In this document: piece by piece, positions 27,091 to 41,834 of the stretch
Layout: each line of letters opens with the position of its first letter
How positions within the stretch are numbered: position 1 is the first letter of the stretch
Source: Vicugna vicugna
Lineage: Eukaryota
Direction: 5' to 3'
DNA length: 64,000 nucleotides
Assembly (NCBI GenBank): GCA_013265495.1
Contig: MU058213.1
Location: 1,860,001 to 1,924,000, forward strand
Translations under genes and position numbers: made by a program
The notes under the pieces: generated by a model
The model's input: the letters and a program-made list of their open reading frames with translations, nothing else
Database searches by the model: none
What the model was told of the DNA's origin: nothing

Positions 27091-29099
27091 TTGAATAAGT
27101 AATTGAATTATTTAACTCCCTGAATTGAGTCCTATAGCATAATGGTATTAAATTTTAAAAAGTTTAGGGATGTTAAGCCACAGAGACTCCCTCCTAGAGG
27201 GAGAACATGGCCTTAGATCTGAACTTAAGGCTTGATGTTCAGTACACCCTCAGCTTCCTGAGGATTAAATTATCCCATGAGAAAATGAACAATTAAAATA
27301 TATAGATATGGCTTTTAAACATAAGATTGAAACAGAGTGGGTATTTTCATTAAAATGTCTAAAAGTGATTTCTGCTAGAAATGAGTTATATGAATGGTTC
27401 ATGCTCTACTATTGCAGAATTACTGTTACAATATTTTTCATTCCATATACAATGAGTGCTGGCTGTGTGCCAGGTCCTGTGCAAGGTGCTGGGTACACAG
27501 TGGTGATCAGTCTCAGCATTTCAGTGGTAATCTCTGTATTTGAGTTTCAGGGGTTCTAAGTACTAAACACTGACCACTTACTAGAAGAATACTCACCAAA
27601 GGGTAAAAAGTTAGGCTGAAAACCCAGACCCAGAGCAGAGAGAACAAAGAATGTCCAAAATTTCTTTGTAGCAAGACCTGCGTTAGTCTATTGAATGTCA
27701 CTCCTGGAATGGATGAATTTCACCTACCTCTTCTGCCCTTGCCCCACTCAGCTTAAATTCTGAGCCTCAGAAGGTTAATTGATTGGTTGAATTAATGGGG
27801 CTTGCCCACCCCTTGGCCACTCTGTGGTAATGATAGAGGAATTGATCCAGTGGTAGATGCTCCAGGCATGCCTATGGCATCTGAAGTGGGAGGACAAATG
27901 ACTGTATTGTCTCTGTAGAAATGCACAAAAGAAAATGGGGTGCTTTCATGGCAGCAATGAATGTTGGGCAGAAAAAAAAGACAGATGTCACTGATTTCTC
28001 AAGGTTGATATAATAAGCTGCATGACTTCTTTGTAATTGGCCATTTGGATTTGTTGGCAATATGAGTCTATACTGAATCTGAGGCCACCTTAACCAGTGA
28101 AAAATGACAAATATAAAATTAATCATAGGGTATTCATCAACTCTGCTCACCTTCTATAGCAGTTTAGAACTATGTGCTGATTATTTCTGACCAAAACAAA
28201 GTAGAATATGTTAGCACTGCACCACATTCCCGACTTTCCTTCTAAATGTACCCGTGGTAAGATATCCCTCATAGGTTAGACTTCTCAAATCGGAGAGAAA
28301 TGGCCAGTGCAGCCAGTGCCACCTTCCTCCTGCGGGATAGAGAAGGCTTTATGTGAAGGCTTGAGCTCTACGATGCAGTGTGCTTAGTTTCCATCACACA
28401 CTAGGCTTGGAATTCCTGATGTGCACCTGGACCGTGTGCAGAATTTCGGCTGACTTCAAAGAAAGTGGTTTTGAGGAGACAGAGTTAGTCACCAAAAGGA
28501 GAAAGCAAGGCATTAATCTTTGATAAGCTCCATTTACTAATTTATAAAGGCAATGGGAATTGGAGAGAGGTGAAAAAGCAAGCACTGAGGGAACTATCTG
28601 TACTGAATGCTAATGATTTTCTGACCATGTCACGAACTGTGGGGTTTTTTGGGGGGGTGGGAGGAATGTATCAGTTGACTGTAAAACATTACATATTGTT
28701 AGTAGTTTATAACTGATTATAAGATTCAAAAAAAGAAAAACAGTTCTGGCTACTTAAAAATGAAAGAGCCATTTGCTGGAAGGAATTTGCAAGTCAAATA
28801 GGTACAGAAGACATTTTTTAGAATTCAAAGTCAACACAGAGAATTAGCATACAGACAGCAATGCAAATAGTGCTTATATTTGTGTGTTTATCTTCTTTAT
28901 ACCAACAGAGAAGGCTAGGAATGACCGGCAAGAAGCTCTAGAAAAAAATCTGGGGAAACTTAGAAAAAAAAGAGAACCAGCAGCTGTGCCCTGAGCATAC
29001 AGAACATAAACATCTAGGTAAGAACAGTTTGGAAGTTTGGGCAACATTATTTTATTTATTATTAAGGATATTCCATTCAACATTTTATTTATTCAATAT

Positions 29100-30270
29100 T
29101 TTATTCGTTCAACCATTTACATATTTTGAGGACCCTAGTAAATCAGGTACTAGCCAAGGTGCTGGGAGGACAAAATAATAAAAGACAGGCATGCGTGATG
29201 CCCTCATAGATCTTCCAGTTTAACAGGGAAGAGACTGAACAAGGAAATACCATCAAGTATGATGGTCAGTCTTGGGTGACTACAGTGTTTTTGGAACATG
29301 CAGCAAGGGGATGTTTCTTGAGAGAACTAGAATGCTGCAGACAGACTCTTTAAAAGTTAAGTCAAAAAATTATTGTCAATTTTCAGAAGGTTTGGTCTTT
29401 GCCAAATATATGTACATATATAAATTCTTTATATACATCATGTCCTTTAATCCTTAAAACAACCCTGCCAAGGAGGTACATATTTCTCCATTTATCGAGA
29501 AGGAAATTTAAACTTAAGGTAGTTAAAGTAACATACTCTACTCACACACATCATCACTGCCAAAGCTGTAAAAAAAAAAGGGGGGGGGGCTGGCTTCAAA
29601 AACAATCTGATTTGAAGAGATTTTTAAAGATATGAAGGACATAGACTGAGAAAGAAAGGAGAGATTGTTTTTGACAAGAGCACGTTCCTGGTGATGTATA
29701 AAGCTTTAGAATCTCATTAGGAGACATACAATAGATATATAAACATTAAAAAGTATAAATAATTACTGATTACATGTGAAAGTAATTACTAATCACATGA
29801 AAATAAGTGCTCGGAAAGAAAATCACAGGGTGCTATGAGAAGGGATACTGAAGTAAATATTAGGAAGGTTTGAGGCCAGAGAAGGCTTGTTTAAGGAAGC
29901 AATCTGTAAAGTAAGGTCTGAAGACAGGGCAGAAATTAAGTGACGGATAGGGAATGGGAAAGATCACAGGTTGAACGGGCACCTTGCAAAAGTTTTTGAA
30001 AGTCCTGGGGCAGGAAGCAGCTTGGTCCAGTCTGGGGACTGGCAGAAGGGCCAGCATAACTGCAACACAGAAGAGGAAAAACAACTGGCGAGGACTGAAG
30101 CTAGAGAGGCAGAGGGATCAAACCATAAGCCTAACAGAACTCGTTAAAGGTTTTGTGTCACATCCTAAATGCAATGAGAAGACATCAAAATAATTTATGC
30201 AGGGAGTGGTAGGATTAGATTTACATTTTTGAAAGATCATTGTGACTGCTGTGTAAAAAATAGTTGGGAA
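29100..30270 (-). mobile_element. L2 fragments with an inserted MIR
   Basis: caggtactagccaaggtgctgggagg...tgccctcatagatcttccagtt; ttagatttacatttttgaaagatcattgtgactgctgtg. Confidence 0.7.
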
Positions 30271-33200
30271 AGGACATCTAATCAAACCCAGTCTCCACCT
30301 TCCTCCTTCCAGCACCTTCTCTAGGGAAAGTAACTATGTACAGAGTACAGAGACGAGTAAAGGGAGAAAGTCTTATCTCCCTTCCCAGGGCATAACTGGA
30401 CACATTTACTACCATCAACTTGCTTCCCTGTGCAAACAGGCAATGATAATGCTATGTACAAATCAAACGGAAAAATCAGAATGCCATTTATAAATCACAG
30501 AGTCATCATATGAAAATAATTACTTTAAGATTCAAACTGTGGATGGTCTGGACAAAGAGGAAACCATAAGTGGAAACTCTCTTGAAGAGGATTCAGCTAA
30601 TGAAAGGCATCAGTGAAGGGGATGGTAAAAAATAGATATAGGGTGATAATTCAGATATGGAAGAAGACTTACAGTAGACACATGCACACACAAACACACA
30701 CAATCTGCTGGGCGGGAGGCTTCTGACTTGTCTGACAGTTGTTCTCCATTTAGTATCACGGTCCTGTGATGTCAAGTGGAGAAGGGAGGAAGTGAAGTTA
30801 CCACATGGCCGTCTGCTGCTAAGTGCATTGAGAGAAAGGATAGAGTGTGGTTGTTTGGAATGCCCCATAAGCGTCGCCTGACATTCTTAGACTATCCCCA
30901 AATGAATTGTTCTACATCCATCTCTGAGTTTGTGTTTGTGTGTGAGTGTGCACTATTATATATAAATACACAAAGACACAGAGTCAATAGCAGGTTATTT
31001 CATACTGATTACAAAGCTATATTTCCAAGACTTGAGTTGTAGCTTTATCTGTTTAGCATATTAATACCTCACTGGGATCATGAATGCCACATATTCTCCA
31101 CTATTTGTTTACTAGCTTGTCAGCGTTATTCATCATACACTGTGTCACAAAGCACATGGTCACATCTCATATGTCTGCTCCAAGGGCAGCAGCAATCTGA
31201 CCTTTGACTTTTTGTTTTACAAAAGATAAAATCATTCCTTAGGAACATTGTCTACTTGCACAACTATAGAGTCTGCTATTGAAGGAGTCTCAATTTTCTG
31301 CAAAATTGCTTATTAAATGTTTATAGCTAATTTTATAGGATAGAGCTAGGTGTTCAAATATATTCAAATCTGTTCTCCATTTGAGTGGCTTTTAAACTGG
31401 TATCTTTCCTTATGCTTTATGAGATGAGACACAGAAAATAATGAAGTGATTTAGAAAATTCTTTTTCCTGGAGACTGAAAAACCTGTACAATATAGAAGA
31501 ATGCTCCCAAACATTCTCTGAGTTGGAAGACATGCTACATGTTTGTCACTTATTCCTCTTCCTGAAGAATATATTAACCAGTAAAAATCTAATATCATTT
31601 GATTTTGCCCTCTTTTGCTTTGGAAATAAATGATTACCCCAACTCAGGGAGAGTCAGCCTGATGCATACTCGTTTCTGTGGAGTACAGAAGCCCTACAGG
31701 AAGTGATGGAATTCCAAATGTGGGCTGAGAGGTTCAAATCACAGCCAAGAAAACGACTTCAACCACTGTCAGCAGTCAGTATCATTTAAATCTCTAGATA
31801 TCTTTTGGGGAAAAAAAAAGAAAAAGAAAAATTGAAACTAATGGCTTCCTTTTGAGGAAATTTCCACAGCCAATGATTCAGAATACTAAATTTTTAGATA
31901 GGTGAGACTATCCTAACACCCAGCAGAAGGAAGAAGTAATTTTATTATCTGTCAGAATAGTGGCTTCATCATTAAAAAATTCAACCAACTAGAATACAAC
32001 ATCCTTTGACCTAGTAGATAAAAGGTCAGAAAGCAATTTTGAATAATAAATGAGACCTGTTGACCTCATGACCCAAATCTGGCAGGGTCAGTGTTTCCCC
32101 TTTCACCAGATGCTGATGGCAGACACACATACACAGACAGCTCAGCTAATGAGCTGCCTCAACCCAGGTTGTAGGTGCTGCAGTATATTCGTGTTATGAA
32201 GCATGAGAGAGAGAATAGGTTTTTAAAGCTGTTGTGTTATATAAAGAGATACTTATAGAAATATTCTACTGTTGCTTTTAAGAAGGCTCCTTTCCTTGTC
32301 TCTAGGCTTCTATTTAGCTGTAAAATTTAGTAGAAACCTAAGCTTTGGCCACTGTTTTCCTTCTAATTCTGATTTCCTTTATTATTGTAGCACTAGAAAA
32401 AATGAAAGTTCCTTTTTCTATATTTGTTTTTTATTGTATTATCAGTAAGGTGATTTCATAAGAATTTTCTGAATATAGAAATGAGACTACTTATCCTAAA
32501 GATGTGACTTTTGACCTTCGTTTTACTGCAAATAGTCCTCATATTTAGATAAAGGATTTAGATGTACATAGTATTAAGCTATACAGATATTTCTGATATA
32601 ATAATTAGTTAAAAAGTTTAAGCTTATTTGAATGACACAGTGATCTAATCTAGAACTTTAAAAAATTCAACAAAAATAAAAAAACAGAAATAAGGCTTTA
32701 AGCCAAACTAGCCATCTTTATAATTTTAGTGTTTAAACTTTTCATTATTGTTTTTGGGAAAAAACCTTGGTAAATGTTTGCACAATTGTAATAAATATCC
32801 TTTACTATGTCTTATTTTGACATCTTTGATTAAGAACGTGCACAGTGCATTTAACTTGTGTTTACTTGGTGTTCTTTTTAATAAAAAAATGTCAGGAGTC
32901 TGGCTATCTTGCTAGGTCCCGTTTCAGCTTTCAACTGAAAATGATCTTCTTCACTCTTCATATTAAACACTTGCCAATTTGTGAATTGCTGAAGGGCCAC
33001 TTAGTAAAATAACATTATCTCCCCTTGCAGGGCGAGTAACACAGGGCAAGTAGGGAATATTTTGAATCTATTTTTTTGTTGTTGTTAATTTACTATAAAT
33101 TGGAAAAAAATTAACAATGGAGAATATGGAGAAGACCTCACCACATACTCACCACAATTCCCCATATTTGCTAAAAATAAGAAGGTAAAATGGCAACCAA

Positions 33201-33559
33201 AGCTAATTGTTATTCAATTGCTTTCAAACTTATTCAACTGAATAAATACATACTGAGCACTTCTGGAGTGCAGGGTCTTCACTGGCATCATTGTGCTATG
33301 TGAAAACATTTTGTCTTGTGCATATTGAATTTTTCTCCAAAGACACAAATTTTCTGAAGTAAAGGCATATGACCTAGATTTATGGTGAGGTTACATTCTA
33401 ATTATTAATATAAAATACTACTGCCATATAGGCACTCACCAGCTAAACTGTGACAGAGAAAAGAAAGGAAATGAGTTGCCAGGCTTGAGAATAAAATGAC
33501 ACTTGGTGGGTATTGTGAAGCACTTCTTTGTCCCATTAAAGCACTTCACATTTCTTTTC

Positions 33560-33750
33560 TTTTTTTTTTTCCCCATCTTAATTAATTTTTAACTTTTTTT
33601 ATTGAGTTATAGTCAATTTACAATGTTGTGTCAATTTCTAGTGTAGAGCACAATTTTTCAGTTATACATGAACATACATATATTCATTGTCACATTCTTT
33701 TTTACAGTGAGCTACCACAAGATCTTGTATATATTTCCCTGTGCTATACA
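33560..33750 (-). mobile_element. Young 5'-truncated L1 3' end with a 13-bp target-site duplication
   Basis: tttattgagttatagtcaatttacaatgttgtgtcaatttctagtgtagagc... is an L1 3' UTR (camelid-type from recall). Identical cacatttcttttc flanks it at 33547-33559 and 33751-33763. Confidence 0.9.
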
Positions 33751-33804
33751 CACATTTCTTTTCATTTTAGCCTCACCACAACCTCATGTGGAATATTTGT
33801 GGTT

Positions 33805-34012
33805 GCAGTTGCATGCTGATAAATGTTTCACAATCTGCTCTAAGAAACAAACAAAAACCCTAACTTGTACCATTTGCTGATTTTCATGGTTGTGAATACT
33901 CCCACCAAAATCAACTTCAAGGTATCAAGTGACATCACTAGTCACAGAGCCAGGAATCTATGCACACAGTTGGCTCTCATGAGCTGGTGCTAGCTGGCTT
34001 CATCACACCACT
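33805..34012 (-). mobile_element. MER63-like hAT DNA transposon
   Basis: tgtgaatactcccacc...aagtgacatcact...gttggctctcatgagctggtgctagctggcttcatcacaccactg matches the recalled MER63 consensus and its cagtggtgtg terminus. Confidence 0.65.
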
Positions 34013-37000
34013 GGATAGAGGACAGATATTAGCGTTTTCATTTTGGAGTTGAGAAAACTGATGTAAAGATATTAAGAGATTGATTTAGAATGAAGAGGTG
34101 AAGAATAGCAGGGCTGATACTAGATGCCTTTTACTGAGTTTTTCTCCCATTTCTATACTCTAGAGCCAGTTAAGACAGACAGACAGAGAGAAAAAGAGAC
34201 AGAGAGAGTGCTTGAAGGGTAAGGAAACTGCATTATCGACACGGGAAAGTACACTCCCTCCATAGAGGCCTCAGTGCAGACAGAGACACAAAGGGAAGAG
34301 AGTGGGAGAAAAAGATACAGACACAGAGAAGAGTAGAGGGAGCTGGGGGAAGATGGGAACAGGGGAGATAAATAGTCATCTGAGGTTGTACACCAAATAA
34401 ACCATTTGGGGTAGGGGTGCAGGGCAGGAAGGAAGCAGGTGGTCCAATCCATTCACTCAAAAACAAAGCAAAATAAAACCAGTTTAACAGGACAGTAATT
34501 ACATTTGTTTTCATCTGGCAGAACTGTAAGACAAATCTGGTCCAAAATGGCTTCGTTTAGTAGATTTTGAACTATTAAACAGAGCTTTGTTTAGATTCTG
34601 AAGACCAATGAAAAGAATTCCACATTAAATGTCTAAAGGAGGAATGAGGAACCTCTGGCTGTTGACTTCATTTCATCTAGGCAATAAGGCAGATTAGAGA
34701 TAATATCCTGATTGTTCCTATAATTAGCAGAAGGCAAGATACAGCTGAAGGTCTTCAGGTACAATATATTAAAATGTCACAAGAAGGAGCTATCCTTCCA
34801 CAACATTTGCATCTCTCTCTTTTCCGGTGTACATTAGTTTTTCTCTTTTGGCTCATTTGCCACTTTCCCACTTTTATTCTTCTGCTCATTCGTACTTTAT
34901 TAAATACATTTCTTATTTGTAGTAGTCTTTATAGTTTTCTAATCTGTGTTAATATAACTACAAACCATTTATTATTTCATATTTTTCTTAACTCTCCCAC
35001 ACTTCCACTCTATCACCCACAAAGCAAGTAAATTAAAACAAGGTTTAGTTTATTTGTTTGCATTCAGACAACTTATTTGATTATTTTTCTGGATCCATGG
35101 CTTGCAGTTTTAAAAAAAAGAAAAGAGAAAGTTTCCCAGCCTTTCGTGGTAGTATTCCTTTGCAAAGAAGACAAGGGGTTTTATATCCATTACCTAAAAT
35201 GTCTTCTAGTACTCCTTCAGGAGAAGGGGCTATTATTTTCATTTTACACAATAAGGAAAGACAAAAGAAATGAAGTAATTTTCTCTAACAAATAGTGAAC
35301 TGAGGCTTGAATCTGTGTTTCTATATTAATACTCTGTGATATCTTCTACTGTACTATGCTGTTTCAAAAATCAAGGTATACACTAAATTTTTAAACACTT
35401 TTTCTTTAAAGATAAATGGGTCAGAGCATATTCCCTCACTTCTCTGTGGAGAAAACAAATAATAATGCTCTTGTATACCTCCCAATGTAAATGTTTAACA
35501 AAGGCATAATGAAGAGTCAATGTATAAATGAGGCTCGTACGATAGCCATCTCTTGAACAAAACATGTTACTAGCAGTTAAATAATGAGTGAGTAAATTAA
35601 TATTAGTATGAAAATATGAAGCCATTTAAACTTTTCAGCATTGGAAAGAAAACCTATAAGATACAGTTCTGTTTTTAGAACTAAGGGTTCAGGTTCCCAT
35701 TTTCATTTTAGCTTTTGTTATTTATTATTTTTACTGCAAAGAAGTCACTTTTTCCCCTAATATGTTACAGAATTCACATGTTTCTAGAAGCATTAGGGTC
35801 TGGAAATCAGCAAGGGTGACAGTCAGCAGTGTTCCTGTACATGGATGGATGGAACTGACTTATCAACTGTCACCTATATCACCCAAATCATCCATGTGAA
35901 GAGGGCTGACTTGCACCAAGCTGGCAATTATCTGATGAACCCAGCCCAGTAAACTGACTAGTCTGATAAAAGTTCAAAGAATAAATATAATTGCATTGGG
36001 AAATCACGGAGAATTCTTTTAGATAATCCAAAATGCAGTATCTTGGCTAGATTCAATTCACAACAGCAGGCCAAACAAGCTATCTAAAATAAGACAAAAA
36101 ATAGAGACTGCTACTATGAATGTTCTATAATATGGTTTAAAACATAGCATAAATCTAGTCTTTAAAACATTAAATTATTGGTAAAAAAATATGCTGAGTA
36201 CATGTAGAAAAGCACTCACTAATGTTATATAATACATACCACTGATACAACACAACGACAACATATACATATATTAAACATACAAAATAACCTGAGTGGA
36301 AAAATTCAATTTATGAGAGCAACAAGGAAAGGAAATTTCCCTCTCAATAGGTCAAAAAGAAAAGAGGAATAAACAGTTAAGTGACAGTAGAAATCTAACT
36401 TCAACAATTAAACAATGGATATTGCCAAGGTTACTTCAGCCAGAATAAGCAACTGCACTTTAAAAGATAATTTACTTTATTAACTTTTAGTATATCAAGC
36501 TATCCAGAGAGCTTAGATGCCACAAGGGAGTGCCACAGCCGTCAGAGCAAAATGAACAATTATAGTGCCATTACATTTAGTTTTCTAAGGTTAGGAACTT
36601 CTTTCCTGTCTTCTAAGTCCTTTCCTGTTTTCTATGGCTCCATGGAAGGGGCCACATTGTGTTCAGCATTCATTCAATTTTTCAGAACTGTTAGATAATC
36701 TTGGGGAAACAAGTTGACTGATGCTTTTAGTACAATAATAAGAGCATCTAAATTAGGAAGCACTATATGTAAACTTATTTTGCATGAGCTTTGGAGTCAC
36801 TTAGACATTAAGATGGCTAAGAGTTTTCATCTCACATGCCACATCCAAACAAGATTATAGTGACTGCTTGAAAGCATATGTCCAGAAGATTTCTAATACT
36901 GTATGCGGACCCAACAAGAAACAGTGCCTTGATCAATGAGCAGTATCTGCCATAAGCTACGAATGAAGAAGTGGAGGCTCACATGGCACCTTTTGTGATC

Positions 37001-40000
37001 TTTTATAATGAGATCTGGGCTGAGATCAAGAGGTAGCTAGCCCTGGGAACCTGGGAAAATGGCCATCAACCATCCTGAGGCTTAATTTCCTTACCTTAAA
37101 TGAAGGAATTGCTACTAGATAATTTCCAAGGTTCTTGTTAGTCCTGGGATAATTTACTAGTGCTGATATTTGTATAGCAATATTACAATTCAAAAATGTT
37201 TTCTACATTTATATTCTTGTATAATTATTATTCATTTATAGATAAAGAAACTGAAGGTTAAGGAGGCTAACCAAGGTGACACATATGGTAGTGCAGGGAT
37301 TCAAACATCAGTTTCCATCTAATGATTGTGCTGCCTAGTATGTATACAAATGTACATTTCTACAGACAGGACAACTATATTTCCTACTTCACACCTACCA
37401 AACTGTCAGGTGCTAATCCCCTGATTCCTCCTCCTCCCCTCCATCCCTTGCTCACGGTATGGAACACTACTCTACCATGGCAGCCTTTCTTGCTTAGCCC
37501 AGACATAGCATGAGACTCCTCAACACATCACCATTGGAGTTACTGCCAGTTGACAGGTCTCTCACTCAAGAGGGGCCAATCTCCTGGACTTCTCCTACAA
37601 TGAGCTACAGCCAAACCCTGAAGCCCAGGAGAAATGGGAAGCAACAGATACTTTCCTCCTCAAGATCCTGTTGTCTGCTTTGTGGGTCATGAAAACAAAT
37701 GAGCTGAACCATAATGCTGTCAATGAAAAGCATTAGAGGAAACAGTTTATTACCTTTGTTGACTGATGTGAACGAAATAGACATCCCTGGTATATAAACC
37801 TGAAGAAGGAAAATGCCTCCAGAATCTTCCCTACTGTATCTGGATTATATGGAATAGTACGTAAAATTGATGTTTTCCCCTGTTGATGACAAAATAGCAG
37901 CAATGGTGGAACTATGAAGAGGTGGGTAGAGCTCAGGTCAAGAGCCCAATCCATTGTTTTTCCATAGACATAGCTTCAATTCTTCCATAAATGTGTTCTA
38001 GAATCTATCACTCATTCTATAATAGAAATTTACTATAGACTCCAATATTCATTTTAATGTTTTATCCAATGTTAATAGCAAACAATTATCCTATAATGTC
38101 ATATCCTTAAGTGTCCACATTTTGAACATTATCCATGATGTATTGAATTCCAGATTACCTCTTCCCATCACCTAGCAGTTTTTTGCAATTGCTCCAGCAG
38201 ACACCAACTATTCAAGCCAGATCAAGTTAGAAGTATAGAGTAAGATAGCCCTGAATTTAAAAAAAAAAAAAAGAAGAAAAAAATTCTGGAAAAAAATTGG
38301 TTATAAAGTAAATTCTATGTAGCAGATTTCATTAGACAACTGAAACTTCATTAAATATTGTTCCATAGATACGACTCTCTATCTTTGATCTTTAGGGAAA
38401 TGGCTTAGGGGTGGAGTGAAGGAAGAACAAGCATTATTTGATTACCTCTCAAAATGATGATTTAGCAATTTAACATTCCATTAAAGTATGTTTAATGCAA
38501 TGTTGAATTGATTTCCTAATTTATAAATTCAGAAAAGTTAAAGTCTACCCACTATGTTGCTGTATAAGAGAGGACCTTGTAATGCATTCCAAAACCTTAT
38601 ATAGATGATTTCTTGATTTTATGTAACTTATTCCTTCCAGTTGAGCCAATGAGTAAAGCTGGCTTATTCTGATTCATAGTAGTAAATGGCACCTGCGTTT
38701 TGATTTCATTTCTGTGATAGGATTTTTTTTTTACAGTGAAGCACAAAAATGGCTTCAGAATAAAAGTCTCTTAATGAGAGGGGTTTTTTGCCTTTCAAAA
38801 AATGAGGCATTCTACCGTTTAACTTACTCTATTTGCATACTTAAAATATGTGTGATTTTAATTAAATCCACTTTCTTGGAGAGTTAGAAGTTTGGATATA
38901 CAGATAAGCAGTTATCGCTTCAGTTTATCAATGTTTGAATCAAAGCAAGCAGTGAGTCAACAGAAATATAATCAAAAAGCAACCAGCTTTGGGTATTTAC
39001 TTATAACTTGCTAGTGTCTTTCCTCTTGAATGCTAGCACTTTAATTTAGGATTGAAAGGCTTGGACAACTGGCATTAGTATTTCCTTTTGCTTTTAGCTA
39101 AGGGCTAGAAAAAAATACTTTTCATTCCCAATATAAACAACACCTTTAAGGATCATAAATATAAGCCTTTTTTAAGTATAATGAAAGTTTAAGAGAAAGC
39201 ATACAGGTTTTCCTTTCTTTTTTAAAATATGTTTTTAAAGATTAGGTGATCAGCCTCCCCAATAGACTCTTATTTTTCCTTACAGTATCTGTAGGAAAAG
39301 CTCATTTGCAGACAGCTGCAATATGAGCTTCCTTTCCTTGCCCTGTCATTGACCTCCAACCTGATCTGAAAGAACCACCTTCTTTCAAAGTGAGAAGTTA
39401 TTCATTTACCATAATAGCTCTATTCCTGGCCTCCTTAGCAGAAACTGACAATTGCGCTCAAATAAGAAGGTTTTGTGATCCTGACTACTGTTCTTACACA
39501 AGAGGAGAAAACCACTAGGAAATTTCTGTTCCAACAGCCACAGTAGGCGGCCATAAAGTTGGTGTTTAAAACTATGGCTGATGTGCAGTGATCACAAAAA
39601 GAGAAGAAAAATCATTAGGAGTTTGCGCTTGCTATGGTTATATACTAAGGTTTGCCAATTACGTTCTCTTAACCTGACAGCTTATTCATTGAGCAAGAGC
39701 TGCTACATTAGAAGTTAGCTGACAGTCCGTTGTGTGCAACTTTAAAATAAAACCACTTCATGAAGAGAAGTGAGAAACGTAAATGATAAGCCTATTGGAT
39801 AATCATTACAAATAAATAAAAAGCCTTTGATACAAGCAATTAGTCACAAGCATTACAAGTTGAAATGCAGTCCAGTGTTAAAGAGACAGTTTAGAAGCAC
39901 ATGGCACATTTATCACAGCTCCACAGACAAGTTATTGAGCTGTCTGTGAAAAAACAGAGCCAAACAGGAAAGCTTTCAGCAGCAAGCAGCGGTGGAAGTC

Positions 40001-41439
40001 CTTGATTGATAGAGCTAGATGATGCAAAGCTGTCCGATGGCTTTCTGCAAAATAAAGTGAAGGAACTCAAGGTCTTTCATGGTGCTCTCTGACCACAGAT
40101 GAACAGCTACTTTATTATGGCCCAAATTGAGGTTGCACCTTGCTCCACATTCTGCCACTTTCTGATGCACACGGTTGACTTGACCAACCAGCCATCGTGT
40201 GTAACATACAGTCTGCCATCTTCACTTTTTTTTAAAGGTTTACTATAAAGTACAGAAGACTGCACTGGTTAAAAGCTCCAATTCCTTACTTGTGCTTACC
40301 AGCAACTCTTTTAACCGCAGTGATATAAAGGAAGAGTGGTAAGGTAGGCTTCCTGTGCTGACCCGCTGCTGCGAGCAAGGAATTTCAGTACCATGACCCC
40401 AATTTGGAAGGTGATGTTTTCCCCCAGGAATCAAGATGCTGCTTTTATTCTTATTTTCACTTTGTGCTTTAAAATAGGGAATGGATTTTAAATAGGGCAA
40501 GGACACCCTTGGGAGTCTTGTTTAAGAAAAGGCCATCAACTTTTCAGTTGCTTTTAGTAGGTTTCAGTGACTGAAATTTGTGTTGCTAAGGAGTTTAACA
40601 GGAAAGAGTAAAATGCTCTGATCCTTGTCTCTAGCTTGGTTCCTGTCAACTAAACTTATTAATCTCAAAATAATCATTCTTCATTCTTTTAGAATTATTC
40701 TTATTTACATGTCCTCCAAAACAGAGAGAGAAAGAGAGATTGAGTGAAGAGAAAGAAGAGAGACTTGCTCTAGAATCATTTAAAAAGGCTATATTCTTTC
40801 ACACTACTTCTTTAAACATCATTCTCAGAGTTCCCTCTCTAAAGATATTATTACTATAGTCCTTTGTGTGAGATTCGAACATTGTAAATCTTCAAGTTCT
40901 ATTCCTTTATTGACATTTTAGTTGTATTATTTGATTTTGAGTATCACAAACTGCATTGTTCAGAACACTTGGAATTCTACCTTTAATAAATGAATAAAGT
41001 GATACAGCACATTAAACAAAAAGGACTTCATCTGACATTTATTCTGATAAGGATATATTTATTTCTAAAACTTAAGCATGTAACCAAAACCTAGTATTAG
41101 ACCTCTTCCCCTCTAAAAATTAGTAATTGTGTAAAAATCATTAAAAAGAACCCTATCTTTAAATTTCCTGAGAAAGAAAACAAAGATTTGAAAGCTATCA
41201 ATCTGTCCAGAACCAAATTCATACCCCAAATATAAAACTATAAAGCAAAGAAATATAAAAACATAATCAAAGTATAACACAGTTTTACTTTGTGTAAAGC
41301 TGTCAGCCATGGGAGTATCCCTCTGCATAAAACAAGGACATGCTTTGCTGCATTCTGAGTCTAGTATTTCCTCTTACAGCCAAACAGGGGGAAAAATGGT
41401 TTGGGTCTCCCTAGGAATCCACATATTTCTCAATATCTA

Positions 41440-41730
41440 AATTTCCTGTTAATTAGAGTACCGTCACCTGCTGTATTCTTAGACTATCTCCTCACTCCAC
41501 AAAAGTAAAACTGCATTTTAACAAGTTCCCTGGGTGATTTCTAGTCACAATCACGCTTGAAAAGCCTTGCTTTAATGCCACAGTTCTCAGTCTTGTCTGC
41601 ATTTTAGGTTCACCTGAGGATCTTTTAAAAAATAGAGGAGCCAAAGCTCCACTATAGACTGTTTAAATCAGCATTTCTGACAGGAGGGTCTGAGCACTGG
41701 TATTTTTTTTTTAAAGCTCCCCATTCCAGT
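41440..41730. mobile_element. Two adjacent MER5-type fragments
   Basis: ctgcattttaacaagttccctgggtgatttct, and cagttctcagtcttgtctgcattttaggttcacctgagg...ttttaaagctcccc. Confidence 0.65.
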
Positions 41731-41834
41731 CAAAAGCTGTATAGCTTATTATGTTTGTCTTTTTACAGCAGCCACTAGGAAACTCAAGTAGTCACATGAA
41801 TCTTCTTAGGTAAATTATAATTTATTTTCTTTCA

